Part shown: one piece after another, positions 57,664 to 64,000 of the stretch
How positions within the stretch are numbered: position 1 is the stretch's first letter
Layout of the letters: every line of letters begins with the position of its first letter
Source: Blastocladiella emersonii ATCC 22665
Taxonomy: Eukaryota; Fungi; Blastocladiomycota
Assembly (NCBI GenBank): GCA_025594325.1
Contig: JANHCV010000009.1
Span: forward strand, 1,054,001-1,118,000
Direction of reading: 5' to 3'
DNA length: 64,000 bases
Notes under the pieces: model-generated
What the model was told of the DNA's origin: nothing
Databases searched by the model: none
The model's input: the letters and a program-made list of their open reading frames with translations, nothing else
Translations under genes and position numbers: made by a program

Positions 57664-60630
57664 TTACAGCCCAAGCGCCTTGGCAATCACCGCGGCCTGC
57701 TCCTTGCGGTGGATCGCGCCGACGCCCGTCGCGGGGGCCGCCGACGCGACGCGGCCGACATACTGGACGAGCTTGCCGTCCGTCATCTGGGCGAGGCGCG
57801 GGGCGACGTACGAGTAGGCGCCCTGGTTCTCGGGCTCCTCCTGCGCGTACACGATCTGCTTGACGTGCGTGAACTTGGCGAGCTCGGCCTTGAGCTCGGG
57901 GACCGGGAACGGGCACAGCTCCTCGAGGCGGACCAGCGCCACCTTGTCCGTCAGGCCCTTGGCGTCGCGCTCCTTGGCGAGCTCGTAGTAGAACTTGCCC
58001 GAGACGATGACGAGGCGCTCGGCGGTCGCCGGGTTGGCGATGGCGGGGTCGGCGAGCACGGGGAGGAACTTGGTGCCGGGGCCCATCTCGGTCAGCGGCG
58101 ACACGGCCGCGGGGAGACGCAGCAGGGTCTTGGGGCCCACGACGATCAGGGGCTTGCGGAAGTCGCGGACCATCTGGCGGCGGAGCACGTGGAAGTACTG
58201 GGCCGGGGTGGTCGGGAACACGACGTGCATGTTCGGGTTGCGGGGCATCTCGGGCGTGTGCACGTTGGACGGGTCGGCGCACAGCTGCAGGAACCGCTCG
58301 ACGCGGCACGTCGAGTGCTCGGGGCCGGTCCCGTCCCAGCCGTGCGGGAGCAGCATCGTCAGACCCGACTGGCGCAGCCACTTGGCCTCGGACGAGTTGA
58401 TGAAGGTGTCGATGATGATCTGCGCGCCGTTGAAGAAGTCGCCGAACTGCGCCTCCCAGATCGGCAGCGTCTTGGGCGACTCCCACGAGATGCCGAACTC
58501 GAACCCGAGGACGGCGAACTCGGACAGCGACGAGTTGGCGATCTCGAGCTTGCCCTGGTTGGGGGCGTTCATGGCGTTGAGCGGCGTGTACACGTTCTCC
58601 GTGTTCTGGTCGACGAGCATGCAGTGGCGCTGCGAGAAGGTGCCGCGGCCGACGTCCTGGCCCGAGATGCGGATCCCGAACCCGTCCTTGAGCAGCGAGC
58701 CGAACGCCAGCGCCTCGGCCGTCGCCCAGTCCACGGGCTTGTCCTGCTGCAGCCGCTGCGCGCGCGCCTCGACGTGGAACTTCTTGAGGCGCGGGTGCAC
58801 CTCGAACCCGGCGGGCGTCGCGACCGAGGCCAGGCCGACCTCCTTGAGCGAGTCGACGGCGACGCCCGTGGGCGGCGACACGACGGCGGCCTTGGGCGAC
58901 ACGAGCCCGGCCCACTTGCCCTGCAGGTGCGTGGCGGGGGCCTCGTACTTGGGCACGGCGTCGAGGTCAGCGTCGAGCTTCTTGTACCAGGCGTCGCGGA
59001 GCGACTCGGCCGACGCGGCGTCGAGCACGCCCTCGGCGATCAGCTTCTTCTCGTAGCCCTTGGGCACCGACTCGCGGGCGCGGATCACCTTGTACATCTT
59101 GGGCTGGGTGAACCCGGGCTCGTCGAGCTCGTTGTGGCCCCACCGGCGGAACGCGATCAGGTCGAGGATCACGTCCTTGTGGAACTTGTTGCGGTACTCG
59201 ACGGCGAGCGCCGTGGCCGCGGCCACCTCCTCGGGGTGGTCGCCGTTGACGTGGATCACGGGCGCGTTGATCATCTTGCCCACGTCCGACGCGTACGTCG
59301 ACGACCGCGCGTTGGTCGCCGGCGTCGTGTACCCGACCTGGTTGTTGACGATCACGTGCACGGACCCGCCGCACGTGTAGTGGGGGAGGTTCGAGAGGCC
59401 GAGCGTCTCCATGACCACACCCTGCCCCGCGAACGCCGCGTCGCCGTGCATCTGCACGCACATGACGCGGTCGCCGAGGTAGCAGTCGGACCCCTCGGCG
59501 CCGGTCGCGGCCGACTCCATCTGGCGGGCGCGCGTCTTGCCCATGGCGACGGGGTTGATGGCCTCGAGGTGCGACGGGTTGTGCAGCAGCGACACGTGCA
59601 GCTTGCGCTGGCCGGCGGCGTACTCGAGGTCAACGGACTGCGCAATATGCGACAGCACGTCGCCCGTGCACACGTCGGCCTCGTGGGCGGGGTACTCGGG
59701 GACGCCCTTGATCTTGGCGAAGACGCCCGTCGGGTTGTACTGGAGCAGGTCCGTCAGGAGGTTGAGTCGGCCGCGGTGCGGCATGCACAGGACGAGGTCG
59801 ACGATGCCCGCAGCGTTGGCGGTGCTGAACAGCGTGTCGACGGCGACCATCATGGCCTCGGCGCCCTCGAGCCCGTACCGCTTGACCTGCGGGAACTTCT
59901 TGGTCATGAACAGGTCAAACACCTCGGACTTGGCGAGGAGCGCGTGCATGCGGCGCTTCTGGTCCGCCGACAGCGGCTTCTTCTCGTACGACTCGACCAT
60001 GTGCGCAAACCACCGGCGCTCCGACGCGTCCGCAATGTGCGAGAACTCGTACGCGATCTTGTTGGCGTACGTGTTGCGCAGGTGCTTGACGATGGTCGCC
60101 AGGCTCGCCCGCTCGCGCGACAGCGTCGCGTCGCTCGTCTGCCCGACGTGCAGGATCCCCGTCAGGTTGTACGAGGCCGCCGCATCGAGCCCGTACCGCG
60201 CCGGGTCGAGCTCCGAGATGTTCTGCGCCGGGTCGTTGAGACCGAGCGGGTCGAGCGTCGCGGCGCGGTGCCCGTGCACGCGGTACGCCTGCACCAGGCG
60301 CAGCAGGTTGGCGTTGGCCTGGCGGTTGGCGAGCTCCTCGGGCGTGTCTAGACACCGCCAAGCAAAGGTCAGACTCGGGCCGCGCAGACGATCGAGATCC
60401 CCGAGAAACGTACAGTCGGGAAGCTGGAACTTGCGCGACACGCGGTACCCGTACGTCTCCTGCGGCACCTCGTGGTACGCGCGCTTGTGCAGCAGCGAGG
60501 CGGCGGGGGCGCGGACGGCGGAGGCGGTGCGGGCGGCGAGGCGCGGGACGGCCGCGGCGGTCGCGAACGTGGCGGCGGCGAGCTTGGATCTCACCGCGGG
60601 CTGGGCGGCAGCGCGGCGCAGGGCGAACAT
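57664..60630 (-). CDS. DHTKD1: 2-oxoadipate dehydrogenase E1 (DHTKD1-type), mitochondrial
   Basis: GDVLSH, WGHNELDEP and IRARESVP match DHTKD1 rather than OGDH (GDVKYHLG). TPP motif HGDAAFAGQG and presequence MFALRRAAAQ. Intron 60413..60348. Confidence 0.88.
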   Translation of the reverse strand: MFALRRAAAQPAVRSKLAAATFATAAAVPRLAARTASAVRAPAASLLHKRAYHEVPQETYGYRVSRKFQLPDCTFLGDLDRLRGPSLTFAWRCLDTPEELANRQANANLLRLVQAYRVHGHRAATLDPLGLNDPAQNISELDPARYGLDAAASYNLTGILHVGQTSDATLSRERASLATIVKHLRNTYANKIAYEFSHIADASERRWFAHMVESYEKKPLSADQKRRMHALLAKSEVFDLFMTKKFPQVKRYGLEGAEAMMVAVDTLFSTANAAGIVDLVLCMPHRGRLNLLTDLLQYNPTGVFAKIKGVPEYPAHEADVCTGDVLSHIAQSVDLEYAAGQRKLHVSLLHNPSHLEAINPVAMGKTRARQMESAATGAEGSDCYLGDRVMCVQMHGDAAFAGQGVVMETLGLSNLPHYTCGGSVHVIVNNQVGYTTPATNARSSTYASDVGKMINAPVIHVNGDHPEEVAAATALAVEYRNKFHKDVILDLIAFRRWGHNELDEPGFTQPKMYKVIRARESVPKGYEKKLIAEGVLDAASAESLRDAWYKKLDADLDAVPKYEAPATHLQGKWAGLVSPKAAVVSPPTGVAVDSLKEVGLASVATPAGFEVHPRLKKFHVEARAQRLQQDKPVDWATAEALAFGSLLKDGFGIRISGQDVGRGTFSQRHCMLVDQNTENVYTPLNAMNAPNQGKLEIANSSLSEFAVLGFEFGISWESPKTLPIWEAQFGDFFNGAQIIIDTFINSSEAKWLRQSGLTMLLPHGWDGTGPEHSTCRVERFLQLCADPSNVHTPEMPRNPNMHVVFPTTPAQYFHVLRRQMVRDFRKPLIVVGPKTLLRLPAAVSPLTEMGPGTKFLPVLADPAIANPATAERLVIVSGKFYYELAKERDAKGLTDKVALVRLEELCPFPVPELKAELAKFTHVKQIVYAQEEPENQGAYSYVAPRLAQMTDGKLVQYVGRVASAAPATGVGAIHRKEQAAVIAKALGL

Positions 60631-61178
60631 GGCTGCAGGTTGTTGGTGGTGGGGTAGTGAAGGGAGAAGGAGGAGGGCGGCGACAACACGCCGAGAGGAG
60701 GAGATGTGCAAGTGCGCAAACGCTCTCCGACACGAGAGAGAAGAAGAGGGGAGAGAGAGGACGGGTTAGAGTGCGTGCGTGCGGCCGGGCGGGCGGGGCG
60801 GCGGTGCAGCCTTTATAGCGAGATCGGCGTGTGTGCTGGAGGCGAAACGCACTGGCGGTTATCTAACAAAAGCTGGCGCAGCGCTCCGGCCGCGCGGCGC
60901 TCGGTGACTGGCCCCCGCCACGTGCCCGGCTTCCCCACCCATGGCTTGCCCGCCGTCCCCGCCAATGAGCGCGCGCGCTTGCAAAACCTCGGCGTTCCGG
61001 CCGCGCCCGACCCGCTCCGGATGCAGCCGCGCGAAATGAAGGGCCGGCCGCGTGAGGGTATTCTTAGGTCGCGTCTCGCACGCGTGCGGGCTATCAGACG
61101 CACGATCACGGCCTTGATCAAGAGTACGGGTTACATTACGGGGGAGGTGTGAAGATCAAACAGGGGGCGGGAAGCGAC

Positions 61179-62397
61179 CTAGTCGTCGTCCTCGTCGTCG
61201 TCCGACTTGAGCGTGAACGGGCGGTTCTCCTCGTCGAAGGTCGCGAGCATGTGCACCTCGCTCGGCGCCACGCCGCCGACGCCGATGCGGCCGGTGCGCT
61301 GCTTCTCGAGGAGGGCCGCCGAGCTGGTGGCGGCCGCGAGCTGCTGGGCCTTGTCGTTCTTGCCCTTGGCGTTGAGCATGAAGACGCCGATGAAGATGGT
61401 CGAGAAGCCCGAGAACACGGAGATGATGTCGGTCGACGAGCTGTCGTTGAACCCCTGGAACAGGACGATCGACGCCACGATGGTCGCGGTTGTAAACATG
61501 ACGTAGTAGATGGGCGTGACCAGGTTGGTCGAGTACGCGTCGAGCGCCTTGTTGAAGTAGTTCATCTGCGTGACCGCCGACACGCCCACGACCACGGCAA
61601 AGAACCACGTCGACACGTGCCCGAGCTGGTTGTTGCCCTCGAACGTGAGCTTGAGCGCGATCCCGAACGCCTTGACCGCCATGACCGAGATGGACCCGAC
61701 CAGCGAGCAGATGGCAATATAGACAAGCATGTTCTGCTTGCCGTACACGGGCGCCACCTTGAAGATCAGCCACGTCGAGATCCCGCACACGAGTACCGTG
61801 TACACGATGAACCCGGGCTGCACCGCGTACCCGAGCATCTCATCCACGCTCTTCACCGCGACCTCCTCGGGCGCGTGCAGGATGATGATCACCGACCCGA
61901 TCACGCACAGCGCGCAGCCCATGATGCCCTCGCGACCGAGGCGCTCGTTGAGGAAGAAGGACGCGAGCACCGCTCTACGTTTGGGGCGGAGCTGTTAGTT
62001 TTGGTCGGTTTCGACGGGTGTCTCGTGAGCACGTACCCGATGAGCACGCTCAGCGCGCCCAGCGGCGTCACCAGGATCGCCGGCGCGTACGTGTACGCCG
62101 CAAAGTTGGCCGCCTCGCCGCACACCACTACACGCACACCCGACCCGTTAGCACACTCGACCCACCCGCAACCCCGCAAAGAAACGTACTGGTCATCATG
62201 CCGAGCCACCACTTGGGGTTCTTGAGGTAGCTGTGCGAGTCGCCGGCGGACCCGCCGCCGCGCGAGTGCCGCGCCGCGTCCGTGAGCCCGACCTTGGTCA
62301 GCACGAACGACGACCCGATCAGCAGCGCCGACAGGATCGCGAGCGTCAGCCCAATGTACTTTTCGTGCGCCGCCGTGGTCCCGGTTTCTGTTGACAT
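61179..62397 (-). CDS. NIPA-family magnesium transporter
   Basis: [88 protein letters not shown]. Two introns. Confidence 0.95.
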
Positions 62398-63056
62398 GGT
62401 GGCGATGTGTGCGCGAAGAGAGAGTGTCGCGGGAGGGAGGGAGGGTTACAAAACGAGTCGAGTCCAAAGTCGCTACTGGGCCCAGTTCCGGGAGCCACGA
62501 TTCATGTGCAGGGGGTTATCTTCTACTAGTAGTGCGTTGCAGAGTCGGCTGCATCAGGTTGCGAAGAGGAAGCGAGAGCGCGGACGTGGAATTCGAGGAC
62601 GAGAAGGGCAGGTGGGTGGCTTTTCCGCGCGCGCGCGGCGACGCGTCTCGCACCGCGAACACGTACACATTCACCCGCCGGGTGTCAGAATGTCTCCAAG
62701 TCGCCCCTCGGCCTCGCGCGTGTCGCCCGAGCTCAGACTTCGACCGTGGCCACTGATCCGTCGGTACAGATATCCACCTGGCAGGCCCACCTTGGCTGCC
62801 GAGGAAATCGATGGCTCGCAGCGAGAAAACACGCGCCGCGGCGCGTCTCGCAGCAACGAAACGCGACGCGACGCGTGGTCACCTGAGCGCGTGACCATGG
62901 GTGATGTCACCGCGCGGGTCGGCCGGCAACGCGTTCCGCTCTTCTCGCGCGTGCTTCAAGAGCTCCGCGTGGGGCGCTCTTGTCGCCACCGCCGTCGATC
63001 CTCTCTCTCGCAAGACGACGGAACGAAACCGAATGAATTGCTGCATGCACTAAGAA

Positions 63057-64000
63057 ATGGCGACCGAGACCCAAACCGCGACCGCGTCCCTCACGCTCAC
63101 CAACAAGGCGACGGGGCAGGCCGTGACGGTCCCGATTGACCCGACGCACAACGTCGTGGTCGCCGCCCACATCAAGCCACTGCTCGTCACCCCCGAGAAT
63201 CCGCCGCCCGCGTCCGAGGCGGATAAGGTCGGGCTCATGTTCTACGGTCCGCTGCTTACCGCGCCCGCAACCGCTCCACGGACCGCACCCTAACCACCGC
63301 ACCACGAAAACAGACGCCGGGTTCACCAACACGGTGGCGTGCCGGTCCAAGATCTCCGAGGTGGGCGGGCAGACGGGCGGGCTGACGTACCGCGGGTATG
63401 CGATCGAGGACCTGACGGCGCACGCGAGCTTCACCGAGGTGGCGTACCTGCTCATCTACGGCGAGCTGCCGAACCGCGCCCAGTTCGACAAGTGGCAGCG
63501 CCAGCTGCTGCGCCACACGTACCTGCACCGCGAGCTCGAGCGCCAGCTGCAGACGTTCCGCTGGGACTCGCACCCGATGGGCATGCTGATCGCCGGCCTC
63601 GCCTCGCTCTCCACCTTTCACCCGGAGGCCAACCCGGCGCTCGTCGGCGACGCCCTCTACGTGTCCGGCCCGCGCGAGCAGTACCTCGAGTACTACAAGG
63701 TCGGTACGCTGCAGTCCGCGGCCCCGTCGCCCGCCGAGGTCCGCGACTACGTCCGCACCAAGCAGGTCTACCGCATCCTCGGCAAGCTGCCCACCATCGC
63801 CGCCAACGTGTACCGCCACCGCGAGGGCCGCCCCTACAACCACCCGATGCCGAACCCGCGCAGCTACACGGAGAATTTCCTGTACATGATCGACCGCCTC
63901 AACGAGGACGACTACGTGCCCGACCCGGAGCTCGTGGCGGTCCTCGACAAGGCCTTCATCCTGCTCGCCGAGCACGGGTCGTCGTGCTCGACCATCGCCA
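63057..64000 (+). CDS. second bacterial/peroxisomal-type citrate synthase-family protein (partial, runs off window)
   Basis: FY|DAGFTNTVACRSKISEV...LTYRGYAIEDL, SHPMGML, RILGKLPTIAA, YTENFLYM, ILLAEHGSSCST. Confidence 0.9.

Noticed and set aside
4384-60351. Very long opposite-strand or overlapping ORFs (4384..6054, 11185..13824, 25928..27202, 38268..40121, 38384..39505, 55108..57318, 57529..60351)
   Set aside because: They are shadows of real GC3-rich genes (low stop frequency on the antisense or shifted frame), with low-complexity R/G/A translations.
1-64000. CRISPR arrays, prophage or other prokaryotic systems
   Set aside because: The sequence is eukaryotic with spliceosomal introns throughout, and no regularly spaced direct repeats were seen.

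Overview
This is a GC-rich, intron-containing eukaryotic window. Donors are mostly GTACGC/GTGCGT, branch points CTRAY, and introns mostly 50-80 nt. Gene content and lineage-specific families suggest an early-diverging (Blastocladiomycota-like) fungus; this is inference, not a database result. Conserved genes, in order: UBXN4-like, M16C metallopeptidase, FHA/Chk2-like kinase, GPI-type alpha-carbonic anhydrase, MgtE-type transporter, mitochondrial bL35, NAA40, MFS transporter, a divergent SUMO, a DDB1/CPSF-A-type propeller protein, class I aldolase, two bacterial/peroxisomal-type citrate synthases, DPH5, SWI3/RSC8, DHTKD1 and NIPA. Accessory material is interleaved: two paralogous F-box-like genes, an LRR gene, a Tourist-like MITE, and a tandem array of six MATH-like/BTB genes (two broken) plus a MATH-only relative. 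The most unusual signal is a family of apparently non-coding, multi-intron units at 21.1-23.4 kb (+) and 27.6-29.9 kb (-). They carry covarying RNA hairpins, and in two copies the inner stem forms only after splicing. A fixed-spacing element, ACGCGTCGA-N5-CANGTGA, lies upstream of two of these units and of the F-box-like and BTB genes, hinting at one co-regulated accessory module. All gene models were made by eye.
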